Below are positions 10,562 to 20,371 of a DNA stretch of 64,000 nucleotides, in pieces (position 1 is the stretch's first letter; the number at the start of each line of letters is the position of its first letter). The notes under the pieces are model-generated. The model did not search any database and was not told the DNA's origin. It worked only from the letters and a program-made list of their open reading frames with translations. The DNA is from an uncultured archaeon (lineage in GTDB: Archaea; Asgardarchaeota; Lokiarchaeia; Sigyniarchaeales; SOKP01). Position numbers and translations under genes: made by a program. The stretch lies in contig CAZDTP010000005.1 of assembly GCA_964508365.1 (NCBI GenBank), positions 32,001 to 96,000 of the forward strand, given 5' to 3'.

Positions 10562-11581
10562 GTGAAGGGCGTATCTTATGAAGGTGTTGGAAAAATTGTT
10601 GTAAGACACGATTTACCAATGCCTAGTGTTAAACCAGACGAGGCTCTAATCAAAGTTAAATATTGTGGTATTTGTGGTTCGGATGTTGAATCTTTTAAAA
10701 AGACAGGTATGTATGGTTCAGGGACAATTATAGGGCATGAAATATCTGGAGAAATAATAGAAATAGGCGATAATGTAAAAAAATTGAAAATTGGAGATCG
10801 TGTAACTATAAATCCGAATGTTCCATGCTACAATTGTTATTGGTGTAATCAAAATCAAGAGAACAAGTGCAAATTTGCCCCTAGAGCTTTAGGATCGCTT
10901 ACTGATGGTGCAATGGCCGAATTTATTAATATAAACGAGGAAAGGATTCACATTTTGCCTGAATCAATCTCATTAGAAGAAGGAGCCATGATCGAGCCAC
11001 TGGCGGTTGGTATTTATTCTGTTCAAGAGTCTGACATAAAAATAGGTGATAGCGTTGCGGTTTTTGGAACGGGAACTATTGGTTTAATCACAATTTTAGC
11101 GTTAAAAGTAGCAGGTGCCGGTAATATTTATGCTTTAGAACCAGTAGAATCAAAACACAGAATAGCGTTAGAGATGGGGGCCAATAAAGCATTCACCCCA
11201 CAAAACTGGAAAAAGATTAAAAAATTATGTGATAAAATAGGACCAGCTCACATATTTGATTGCGTAGGAATAAATGAAACAATTACATCAGCAATAGATC
11301 TTGTAAGAAGAGGAGGGTATATCACAATGATTGGTATGGATCCTGAAATCACAGACCTAAAAAATTTCTATGGTATTGCAATTAAAAATATCACTTTGAG
11401 AGGTATTTTTGCCTATAACCAAGATACATTTAAAACTGCTATAAATTTATTAGATCAGAAAAGGGTGAATATAAAACCACTAATATCTAAAATAATAAAA
11501 CTAGATGAAGTTCCTGCCGCAATTGAAGATTTATCAAAAGGATTACATGATGATATAAAGATCATGGTTGAGATAGAATAA
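10562..11581 (+). CDS. Zn-dependent alcohol dehydrogenase (MDR family)
   Basis: CGICGSD, GHEISG, structural Zn CYNCYWC...C, GTGTIG. Confidence 0.92.
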   Translation: MKGVSYEGVGKIVVRHDLPMPSVKPDEALIKVKYCGICGSDVESFKKTGMYGSGTIIGHEISGEIIEIGDNVKKLKIGDRVTINPNVPCYNCYWCNQNQENKCKFAPRALGSLTDGAMAEFININEERIHILPESISLEEGAMIEPLAVGIYSVQESDIKIGDSVAVFGTGTIGLITILALKVAGAGNIYALEPVESKHRIALEMGANKAFTPQNWKKIKKLCDKIGPAHIFDCVGINETITSAIDLVRRGGYITMIGMDPEITDLKNFYGIAIKNITLRGIFAYNQDTFKTAINLLDQKRVNIKPLISKIIKLDEVPAAIEDLSKGLHDDIKIMVEIE

Positions 11582-11758
11582 TTCTTTAATTTTTCACTAT
11601 TTTTTTTACTTTTTTTAACATTATAGCATTCTTGGATTATGATCAATTTACTATTTTTACAGATTTAATTTGTTGATTTTGGTAAATATTTATAAATTCA
11701 TGTAACAATAAATAAGATATTCATCAATTTTGTGAATAAAAATTAAGAGGTTAATCTA

Positions 11759-13492
11759 ATGGGAGTTAAAATGAGTCCATATGATGCGAAAATATGGACG
11801 AAATCTTATGATAAACATGTTAAACCGAATTTAGAATATCCCAAAGAAAGTCTTGGCGATTTATTTGATAAAGCTATGGCTAAATACCCAGAACGCATCG
11901 CTTGCTATTTTATGAAGCGAGAAATGCCTTTCAGTGAACTTAGAGAATTTACTCACAGATTTGCGACATTTTTACAGAAAAATGGTTTAAAAAAAGGAGA
12001 TCGCGTAGCTATAAATTTAGCTAACTGCCCTCAGTATTTAGCTGCACACTTTGGAACAATTTTAGCGGGTGGAGTAGCATCCGGGTGTTCACCGCTTCTA
12101 AGTCCGACTGAAATTGCTTACCAAATAAACGATAGTGGAGCTAAATTTTTTGTTACCTTGGATGCTGTATATGAGAAAGTATTAATGAAAGTAATAGAGA
12201 AGCTGCCAAATCTTAAATGCGTGATTACAACTAATATTTCTGATTACATGGGGCTTTCTAAACCTATAGTATTTCTTGGTAAGCTACTAGGTAAAATACC
12301 AAAAGGAAAAGTTGAACCGTATTCCGGAAAATTAATTATTGATTTCAAGGATGTGATGGAAACATCCATTGACTTACAGGCCGTAATTATTGATGTGAAG
12401 AACGATCTTGCCCTACTTCAATATACTGGCGGAACCACTGGATTACCTAAAGGCACAGAACTTACTCATCTTAACTTAATTACTAACATAGTTCAAGTAG
12501 CTACATGGCTTAATAGAAGTGAAGCAAAGGAAGGAGAAAATAACTTATCTGCTTTTCCGCTCTTTCATTTAGCTGGTTTAGCTATGAGCATGATAACTTT
12601 ATATACTTCAGCTGGACAAATCTTAATTGCAGATCCCCGAGATACCAACCATATTATAGAGGAAATGATAGAAAAAAACCCAAAAATAATAGTGAATGTA
12701 CCAACATTATTTTTATCAATTAAAAACAATCCAAAAATAAAGGATGTACCCAAGGCTACCCTAAATAATATAGATATCTATGTTTCTGGGGCTGCGCCTT
12801 TTCCAGCAGAAGCAATTAAAGATTTCGAAGAATCTATGCTTGGTACTAATAAACTATTAGAAGTTTACGGGATGACTGAAACAAGTCCAATTCTTACCAT
12901 GAATCCTTATAGCGGTAAAAAGAAAGTCGGTACTGTCGGCTTACCCGTACCCGACACTGAATTAAGGCTTGTAGATATTGAAACCGGAGAACAAGTAGAA
13001 CTCGGGAAACCTGGAGAAATAATTTGTAAAGGACCTCAAGTTACAAGAGGATATCTCAACAAACCAGACGCAAACGCAAAGACTATTATTGATGGATGGT
13101 TTCATACTGGTGATGTAGGTGTAATGGATGAGGATGGATTCATAACGATTGTGGATCGTACTAAAGATATGTTAATCGTAAGTGGGTATAAGGTGTACAG
13201 CGTTCATGTTGAAGATATCTTAACAAAACATCCCAATATTGAAATGGTAGCGATTATTGGCTTAAAAGATCCCGATCGGCCTGGAAGTGAAATCGTAAAA
13301 GCGATAGTTCAGCTTAAAGAAGGAATCGAACCATCCGATAAGATTAAAGTAGAATTAAAAAATTACGCTGCTGAAAATCTCTCGAAATATGAAAATCCAA
13401 GAATATGGGAATTTAGAGAAACTTTGCCCTTAACTACTGTAGGAAAAGTCTTAAAACGGGCATTAAGAGAAGAATCAAAAGAATTAAATTAA
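11759..13492 (+). CDS. Long-chain fatty-acid--CoA ligase (AMP-binding)
   Basis: QYTGGTTGLPKG, YGMTETSP, GWFHTGD, GKVLKRALRE. Confidence 0.93.
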   Translation: MGVKMSPYDAKIWTKSYDKHVKPNLEYPKESLGDLFDKAMAKYPERIACYFMKREMPFSELREFTHRFATFLQKNGLKKGDRVAINLANCPQYLAAHFGTILAGGVASGCSPLLSPTEIAYQINDSGAKFFVTLDAVYEKVLMKVIEKLPNLKCVITTNISDYMGLSKPIVFLGKLLGKIPKGKVEPYSGKLIIDFKDVMETSIDLQAVIIDVKNDLALLQYTGGTTGLPKGTELTHLNLITNIVQVATWLNRSEAKEGENNLSAFPLFHLAGLAMSMITLYTSAGQILIADPRDTNHIIEEMIEKNPKIIVNVPTLFLSIKNNPKIKDVPKATLNNIDIYVSGAAPFPAEAIKDFEESMLGTNKLLEVYGMTETSPILTMNPYSGKKKVGTVGLPVPDTELRLVDIETGEQVELGKPGEIICKGPQVTRGYLNKPDANAKTIIDGWFHTGDVGVMDEDGFITIVDRTKDMLIVSGYKVYSVHVEDILTKHPNIEMVAIIGLKDPDRPGSEIVKAIVQLKEGIEPSDKIKVELKNYAAENLSKYENPRIWEFRETLPLTTVGKVLKRALREESKELN

Positions 13493-13521
13493 TTTTTTTT
13501 ATAAATATATTATTTTTTTTT
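13493..13521 (+). terminator. Oligo-T tracts, probable archaeal-type terminator
   Basis: T8 and T9 runs immediately after the ligase stop, before a convergent gene. Confidence 0.4.
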
Positions 13522-13683
13522 AATTTATCTTATTCTCTCAAGTTAGTAGTTAAAATTTCAGACTTCCTATTTTTAAGATGCATCATTGACCATCAATTAC
13601 TGCCTCTATTTTGGAGATTGTATATATTATAGATTTAAAGATATATGATTAGAATAAAATAAGAAAAAAAAAATGATTTTGTA

Positions 13684-14172
13684 TTAAATAGGATATGATT
13701 GCACAGTAAGCAAACACTCTCTGATAATATTTCCAGTAGTCTCGGACCAAAAGGCGATAGATATATTGTGGCGTCCCGCAGGGAATGACGCATTAAAATA
13801 TTGTAAGGTAACTGAATGATAATCATAGATCGATGTTCCTTTGTATGGTCCTACACGAGTATAAGGATTCAACAATCTCGTACCATCTATCATAATATAA
13901 AAAATGATGTCTGCAAAAGTGATGGGATCTGGAAGAATTTTAGTACTCGCTGAAAACGTGACATAGAGTTGGACTGGAGACCTTAAATCTACGATGACGT
14001 AAAGATCTGGAATTGTTTCGTACGATAAATCAGGGGCTGTGAAATAATCTGGCTCATAATCATTCCAAATGTTTACTTGTGACTGATTTATCCCGGTTAT
14101 TACCCCAAAACCTAATCCTATAGAACCTATCAAGATACCAATTATCCCTAATATAATACCAGCTTTTCCCAT
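13684..14172 (-). CDS. Hypothetical N-terminally anchored surface or secreted protein (beta-rich)
   Basis: Hydrophobic N-terminus MGKAGIILGIIGILIGSIGLGFG; similar to the interrupted gene at 36093-36674. Confidence 0.7.
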   Translation of the reverse strand: MGKAGIILGIIGILIGSIGLGFGVITGINQSQVNIWNDYEPDYFTAPDLSYETIPDLYVIVDLRSPVQLYVTFSASTKILPDPITFADIIFYIMIDGTRLLNPYTRVGPYKGTSIYDYHSVTLQYFNASFPAGRHNISIAFWSETTGNIIRECLLTVQSYPI

Positions 14173-14688
14173 GAGGAATTACCTTCTTATTCTTTGTTTT
14201 ACATTAAATGTTATTTTTAATAGATTATAAGAACTAATTACTTGATCAGAATAATAAATATTTGTATTAAAATGATTTTTTCACATAATCAAAATTCAGA
14301 TTAAGAATGAATATGATAACCAATTCGAAGGAAATTTACCATATTAAAATTATTCATTTAGGAACAAAATTCTTTTTATCCTCATTAATAAATCCATGCT
14401 GTTCAAGTATAGAAAAGTTATATACCATAAAAGAAACAATCAAAATAATTAACCGGATTTAATAAATCTTAATTCTCATTTTTTTTAAAGCTTTTATCTT
14501 TTTGTTTGAATATCTTAAAATATATAAAATATTATGGAATACTTTTAAAGACTTTCTGTAAATTATAGAGAAGTCTATATGGGAACCTATTAAATTAAAT
14601 TAATTTTTTTTACTCATTATTATAAACTTATTTTAAGGAATTAATCAAATACATATCATAATTATTAAATTATTTCTAAATCAAAGAG

Positions 14689-15978
14689 TTGATAAAAGTG
14701 AATAATAAAAAAGGACAAGTTCAATGTATTAACGATGAAATTCTCGAAAAACTCTCGTTAAAGACCCGAAATAAGTTTTTAAATTACAATTTGATGAGTT
14801 TTTTAAAACCGAAACACTTCGATTTCCTTAAACAAGCCCAAAAGTTTTTCGTGAAATTTGAAAAAGACAATAATATAACCCATAACGAAGATTTCTATGA
14901 ATGGATACCAGAAATTGGCAGAAACGGATATATTACTCATATGTACAAATTTGATTCTCTTGGGTTAAACTTCGAACCTTATGGGATGACTGCTGAATTT
15001 ATGAGGGTTTTAGCAATGGATTTTTTTGATCCTCAGCTATCAATGGGTGCCGGAGCTACAGTTTTAGCAGTGAATCCCTTATTACTCCATCACGAAGATG
15101 TTGATGTTCGATTGAAAGCTTTAAAAGAATTAGTAACAGGTGAAAAAATAGGTTGTATATGTATCACAGAACCAGATAGAGGATCTGATGCAGTGCATAT
15201 GCTAACTACATGTGATGAACAAAATGATGGAAATTTTATTCTCAACGGAGAAAAAATATATCAAACTAACGGTAGTAAAGCAGATTGGGCGGTTGTATAT
15301 GCAGTTACCGAAAAAGATAACGGCAATACTATGGCTCAGTTTTTAGTTGATACATCATGGGAGGGGTGGAATGCTGAACGGGTTAATATTCCTTGGACTC
15401 CGAGGATTCATATAGGAAAGGAAACCATATCAAATTTGAGGGTCCCTTCAGAATATGTCTTAGGAAAACCGGGCGAAGGGAGGTCACATTTATTCGAAGG
15501 GCTCAATCTAGAACGATTAGGAATCGTATGTTTAAATCTAGCGGAAGCTTGGAATGCGATTACACACGCTGTAATATATTCTAACATGAGAAAGCAGTTC
15601 GATAAGGAAGTCTTGAAGTATCAAGGAGTAGGATTTCCGCTTTCTGATTTATGGGCTCAAACTATGAGCTTGACATTAGCAAATTTAAATATTTGTCAAA
15701 TAATTGATGATAAAATGGAAAAATCAGGCACGTTACCCAAGGAATTTAATTTAGCGCTGGTCGTTACTGCATCACAACTTAAACTTGTTAGCACAAAACT
15801 ATGCGAACGTGTTGTGTATGAATGTGCTAATCTTATGGGCGGAGCTGGAGTTTGTGATAATACAATAATGCATGATCTACTAGGAATTACTAGAATTCAG
15901 GAGATAGGCGGTGGAACAAGGCAAATACAACAATATATTCTAAGTTTATCTCTAAGACAGTTATTTAAAATGCTTTAA
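14689..15978 (+). CDS. Acyl-CoA dehydrogenase
   Basis: CITEPDRGSD, LNGEKIYQTNG, RKQF, EIGGGTRQIQ; true start may be downstream of 14689. Confidence 0.92.
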   Translation: MIKVNNKKGQVQCINDEILEKLSLKTRNKFLNYNLMSFLKPKHFDFLKQAQKFFVKFEKDNNITHNEDFYEWIPEIGRNGYITHMYKFDSLGLNFEPYGMTAEFMRVLAMDFFDPQLSMGAGATVLAVNPLLLHHEDVDVRLKALKELVTGEKIGCICITEPDRGSDAVHMLTTCDEQNDGNFILNGEKIYQTNGSKADWAVVYAVTEKDNGNTMAQFLVDTSWEGWNAERVNIPWTPRIHIGKETISNLRVPSEYVLGKPGEGRSHLFEGLNLERLGIVCLNLAEAWNAITHAVIYSNMRKQFDKEVLKYQGVGFPLSDLWAQTMSLTLANLNICQIIDDKMEKSGTLPKEFNLALVVTASQLKLVSTKLCERVVYECANLMGGAGVCDNTIMHDLLGITRIQEIGGGTRQIQQYILSLSLRQLFKML

Positions 15979-16094
15979 TGCTTAAACTTTTTAAATTAAG
16001 TATAGATTTTTTTTCTTTTTTTTAGTTGAAAACAATTATAAGGGAGTAAATCCAACTCTATATATATTCAAATTAAGGTTATTGAGAATTAATA

Positions 16095-16916
16095 ATGAAA
16101 ATTGAAGATATTCAAGATATCATTTATAGGAAGGAAGATAATGGAATCTGTACAATAACAATTAATCAACCTAAAAGGAAAAATGCTATGTCGTTCCTAA
16201 CCTTTTTGGAAATTGAGACTGTGTTAACTGATATGGAAGCAGATAAAAATGCAAAAATATTAATTATTACTGGTTGCGAGGAAGCGAATGCTTTCTCGTC
16301 AGGTGGTTATTTTAACATGAATATTTACCCTCAACTCCCTCCTGAAATATTGAAAGAGATTGATTTAACTGATATTGCTGTAAAAAGGTTATGCATGAAA
16401 TTCTGGTCCTTTTCTAAACCAGTTATAGCTGCTATAAATGGATTAGCGGTAGGTGCGGGATTTACCATGCCTTTAGCCGCAGCTGATTTAATTTACATGG
16501 CTGACGACGCATGGATAGGATTTTACTTTGTAAAACGTGCGGTTATGGCGGAGTTTAGCTCTCATTTTTTACTTCCTTTTTACATAGGTTTTCAGAAAGC
16601 GAAAGAACTGCTCTACTTTGGAAAGAAGATTACTGCTCAAGAGGCTTATGAACTTGGTTTTGTGAACCAAGTTTTACCGCGTGAAAAATTAATGCCTTTT
16701 GTTAGAGAACAAGCTTTAAAATTAATACCTCCTAAAGGACCATCTTTATCAATAAAATTAATGAAAAAAACATTACATGATTATTTTAAGGAAATTTTAT
16801 CAAAAACTCTAGACCTTGAAAACGAAGGCCTGAGAGAACTTTTAACTACACGAGATTTCAGAGAATCATTAAAATCCTTAAGTACTAAAAAAGCTCCAAC
16901 ATTTAAAGGAAAATGA
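16095..16916 (+). CDS. Enoyl-CoA hydratase/isomerase family
   Basis: TITINQPKRKNAM, AFSSGG, KPVIAAINGLAVGAG. Confidence 0.9.
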   Translation: MKIEDIQDIIYRKEDNGICTITINQPKRKNAMSFLTFLEIETVLTDMEADKNAKILIITGCEEANAFSSGGYFNMNIYPQLPPEILKEIDLTDIAVKRLCMKFWSFSKPVIAAINGLAVGAGFTMPLAAADLIYMADDAWIGFYFVKRAVMAEFSSHFLLPFYIGFQKAKELLYFGKKITAQEAYELGFVNQVLPREKLMPFVREQALKLIPPKGPSLSIKLMKKTLHDYFKEILSKTLDLENEGLRELLTTRDFRESLKSLSTKKAPTFKGK

Positions 16917-16959
16917 ACTAAATTAGTATCACTACAATGTAAGGTTAATTCTAATTATA

Positions 16960-18480
16960 ATGATAGAACAAAAAATTGGATTTGATAATGAAAAATATCT
17001 AAAGGAACAATCTGAGAGCATCCTAGATCGAGCAGCTCAATTTGGGAATAAATTATACCTTGAATTTGGCGGAAAGCTTGTATACGATTATCACGCTTCA
17101 CGAGTTCTCCCTGGATTCGATCCAAATGTGAAAATGAAGCTTCTAAAGGTGCTTAAGGATAAAATAGAGGTTATTATTTGTATATACTCCGGAGATATAG
17201 AAAGAAGGAAGATCCGAGCAGATTTTGGTATAACTTATGACCTAAATGCAATGAAATTAATCGATGATCTTCGAGATGGAGAAATTAAAGTAAGCGGGGT
17301 GGTTGTTACACGTTACAATGGACAACAAGTAGTAAAACAATTTTTGAATAAACTAGAGCGCCGTAATATTAAGGTTTATACGCATAAGTTAATTAGAGGT
17401 TATCCAACTAATATTGATTTAATTATAAGTGAAGAGGGGTATGGTACTAATCCCTACATAGAAACTTCCAAACCAATAATAATAGTTACTGCACCCGGTC
17501 CTGGTAGTGGAAAATTAGCAACATGTCTTTCACAAATATATCACGAACACACAAGGGGGATAGATGCGGGTTATGCTAAATTTGAGGTGTTTCCAATTTG
17601 GAATTTACCATTAAAACACCCCGTAAATATGGCGTATGAATCTGCAACTGCTGACCTTGGTGATTTTAATCAAGTAGATCCTTTTCATCTTGAAGCTTAT
17701 AATATAATGGCAGTTAACTATAACAGAGATGTAGAGATTTTTCCAGTAGTTAAGAAAATAATGCAAAGAATTATGGATAGCAGATTAGTCTATAAATCAC
17801 CTACAGATATGGGCGTAAATAAAGCAGGTTTTGCGATAATTGATGATAATCTGGTGCAACAAGCCGCAAGACAGGAACTCATCAGAAGATATCTACGATA
17901 TAGTTGTGAATATGCGATTGGCGTTTCAGATAAGATGACTGTTCAAAGAGCGGAATTGTTGATGAAAGAACTAAATCTCACTGTACTTGATCGAAAAGTT
18001 GTAAATGAGGCTCGACAGGCTTCTATAGCTGCTAAAAAAAAAGGGAAAGGGAACGAAGGGGTATTTGCTGGAGCTGCATTACAATTGGCAAATGGAAAAA
18101 TTATGACTGGTAGCAATTCTCCTTTGATGCATGCGGCTTCAAGTTTAATCCTAAATACCTTAAAAGAATTGGCGGGTATTCCTAAAAATATACATCTTCT
18201 ATCTCCCAATATTTTGGAATCCATTAGTTATTTAAAATCGGAAATTTTCAATAACAAACGATTAAGTCTCAATCTTGAAGAAACTCTAATAGCTTTAAGC
18301 ATCAGTGCTGATTTCAACCATTCTGCTAAGGTAGCCATAGATAAACTTAAAGAATTAAGTGGATGTGAAATGCACTCGACTCATATACCCACTCCTGGAG
18401 ATGAAGCTGGTTTGAGACGATTAGGTCTAAATATAACATCTGATCCAAACTTTTCATCGAATAGCCTATTTATAACCTAA
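16960..18480 (+). CDS. DUF1846 / UPF0371 family P-loop protein
   Basis: KIGFDNEKYL, LYLEFGGKL, RADFGITYD, GPGSGKLATCLSQ, SPTDMGVN. Confidence 0.85.
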   Translation: MIEQKIGFDNEKYLKEQSESILDRAAQFGNKLYLEFGGKLVYDYHASRVLPGFDPNVKMKLLKVLKDKIEVIICIYSGDIERRKIRADFGITYDLNAMKLIDDLRDGEIKVSGVVVTRYNGQQVVKQFLNKLERRNIKVYTHKLIRGYPTNIDLIISEEGYGTNPYIETSKPIIIVTAPGPGSGKLATCLSQIYHEHTRGIDAGYAKFEVFPIWNLPLKHPVNMAYESATADLGDFNQVDPFHLEAYNIMAVNYNRDVEIFPVVKKIMQRIMDSRLVYKSPTDMGVNKAGFAIIDDNLVQQAARQELIRRYLRYSCEYAIGVSDKMTVQRAELLMKELNLTVLDRKVVNEARQASIAAKKKGKGNEGVFAGAALQLANGKIMTGSNSPLMHAASSLILNTLKELAGIPKNIHLLSPNILESISYLKSEIFNNKRLSLNLEETLIALSISADFNHSAKVAIDKLKELSGCEMHSTHIPTPGDEAGLRRLGLNITSDPNFSSNSLFIT

Positions 18481-18605
18481 TTCTTTTACATCAATATCTA
18501 GTTTTGAGATAATCTCGAAATTCTTATTAAATGTGTTTGATATTTAATATTTTTATAATAAAATTATTATTATTTTTGATCCCATCAGAGAAGTGTAATA
18601 TAAAA

Positions 18606-20297
18606 TTGACAGCTGCGATTAACAGTAATACTCGATTTATATTCGTTACGGGAGGTGTAATGTCAGCCGTAGGAAAAGGTGTAGCTACAGCAAGTTTAGG
18701 AAAAGTACTCCAATTCCGGGGATTCAACATCTCTGTAGTTAAAATTGATCCTTACCTAAATGTTGATCCAGGAACACTTAATCCAATAGAACATGGCGAA
18801 TGTTTTATAACCGAAGATGTATGGGACTTTACACCTGTCCATGGATCAGACGAAAGGTCCTATAGAATCTCTGAAATAGACCAAGATTTTGGAACATATT
18901 CAAGATTCCTTGGTATTGAGATGCATCCTTCCCATAATATCACTTCTGGTCAAATTTATCTCTCAACAATTTTAAGTGAGAGAAAAGGTAAATTTTTAGG
19001 TAAGACTGTTCAATTAATTCCTCATGTAACTAACATAATAAAAGAAAGATTAATGGAGATATCCAATAATGAAAATTTAGATGTGCTTTTAATCGAATGT
19101 GGAGGAACTGTAGGCGATTTAGAATCCAGCATTTTTCTAGAAGCTTTTCGTCAAATTAAATTAGAATATCCTAATCGTACAGCCTTAGTTCATGTTACAC
19201 TTGTTCCATATTCTCGCGCAGTTGGTCAACAAAAGTCTAAACCAACTCAACATTCTGTTAAAATGCTTCAAAGTATGGGATTACAGCCAGATATAATAAT
19301 AGGTAGGAGTGAAAAACCTCTCACAGATGATATAAGATCAAAAATATCCCTTTATTCGAATGTTCCAGAAGCCGCAGTAATTTCGAATCCTGATTTAAAT
19401 ATCGTATATGAGCTACCTATATTATTTGAAGAACAGGGATTAGGAGACTTTCTCTGCGAGCTAATAGATTTAAAAGCTAAGTTGGTGTCTTATAGCGAAG
19501 TTAATAATTATTCGGAATGGCTTAAAATGGTTGAGATGTATAAGAATGCCAATAAAAAAATAAAAATAGCCATGCCTGGAAAATATTTCAATATCTCCGA
19601 TTCATATATCTCGATAAATGACGCCTTAGAGCACGCTGCAGCTCATCAAGGCTATAAGATAGAATTGAAAATGATAAATATAACGGAAGAAACAAACATA
19701 GAAGAGGAGTTAAGGGATTGCGATGGAATACTATTAACCCCTGGATTTGGAGAGAGAGCTGTTGAAGGAATGATTCAGTCGGCAGAATATGCTATGGCTG
19801 AAAAGGTGCCATTTTTAGGCATCTGTTTTGGTGCTCAACTATTTTATGTAGCCTTTTGTCGAAAATATTTGGGGTTAAAAGGTGCAAACTCGACTGAAAT
19901 CAACCCAGACACACCCTACCCTGTTATCGATCTTCTTGAAAGTCAGAAAGTTGTTACTGAAAAAGGAGGTACAATGAGATTAGGCGCTCATAAAATTGTA
20001 CTTAACGAGGGTACGAAATTATTTGAAACATATAAACAAAATGAGATAAAAGAACGATTTAGGCATAGATATCACATACAAGAAAGATATTTAACTGAAG
20101 AAGCAAAACAAAAAGGCTTAATTGTATCGAGTAGAGATGAAACTGGAAAAATTATTAATAGTATTGAGTTAAATAGGGAAGATCATTGGATGGTTGGAGT
20201 ACAATTTCATCCCGAGTTTAAATCACGACCATATGCTGCGAGTCCTTGTTATACGGCATTCATCAAAGCTTGTATATCCTATAAGAATTGTAAATAA
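18606..20297 (+). CDS. pyrG: CTP synthase
   Basis: FIFVTGGVMSAVGKG, KIDPYLNVDPGT, ECGGTVGDLES, KSKPTQHSV, GICFG, QFHPEF. TTG 18606 preferred over the track start 18531. Confidence 0.95.
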   Translation: MTAAINSNTRFIFVTGGVMSAVGKGVATASLGKVLQFRGFNISVVKIDPYLNVDPGTLNPIEHGECFITEDVWDFTPVHGSDERSYRISEIDQDFGTYSRFLGIEMHPSHNITSGQIYLSTILSERKGKFLGKTVQLIPHVTNIIKERLMEISNNENLDVLLIECGGTVGDLESSIFLEAFRQIKLEYPNRTALVHVTLVPYSRAVGQQKSKPTQHSVKMLQSMGLQPDIIIGRSEKPLTDDIRSKISLYSNVPEAAVISNPDLNIVYELPILFEEQGLGDFLCELIDLKAKLVSYSEVNNYSEWLKMVEMYKNANKKIKIAMPGKYFNISDSYISINDALEHAAAHQGYKIELKMINITEETNIEEELRDCDGILLTPGFGERAVEGMIQSAEYAMAEKVPFLGICFGAQLFYVAFCRKYLGLKGANSTEINPDTPYPVIDLLESQKVVTEKGGTMRLGAHKIVLNEGTKLFETYKQNEIKERFRHRYHIQERYLTEEAKQKGLIVSSRDETGKIINSIELNREDHWMVGVQFHPEFKSRPYAASPCYTAFIKACISYKNCK

Positions 20298-20371
20298 ACC
20301 AGATAGATAAGAGAATCAAATCATTTTTATAAATAATAATCGAATTAAATAAGAAAATTAAAAAAAGATTG

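Noticed and set aside
18531-18605. N-terminal extension of pyrG in the track
   Set aside because: Low-complexity translation of AT-rich spacer; family similarity begins after TTG 18606
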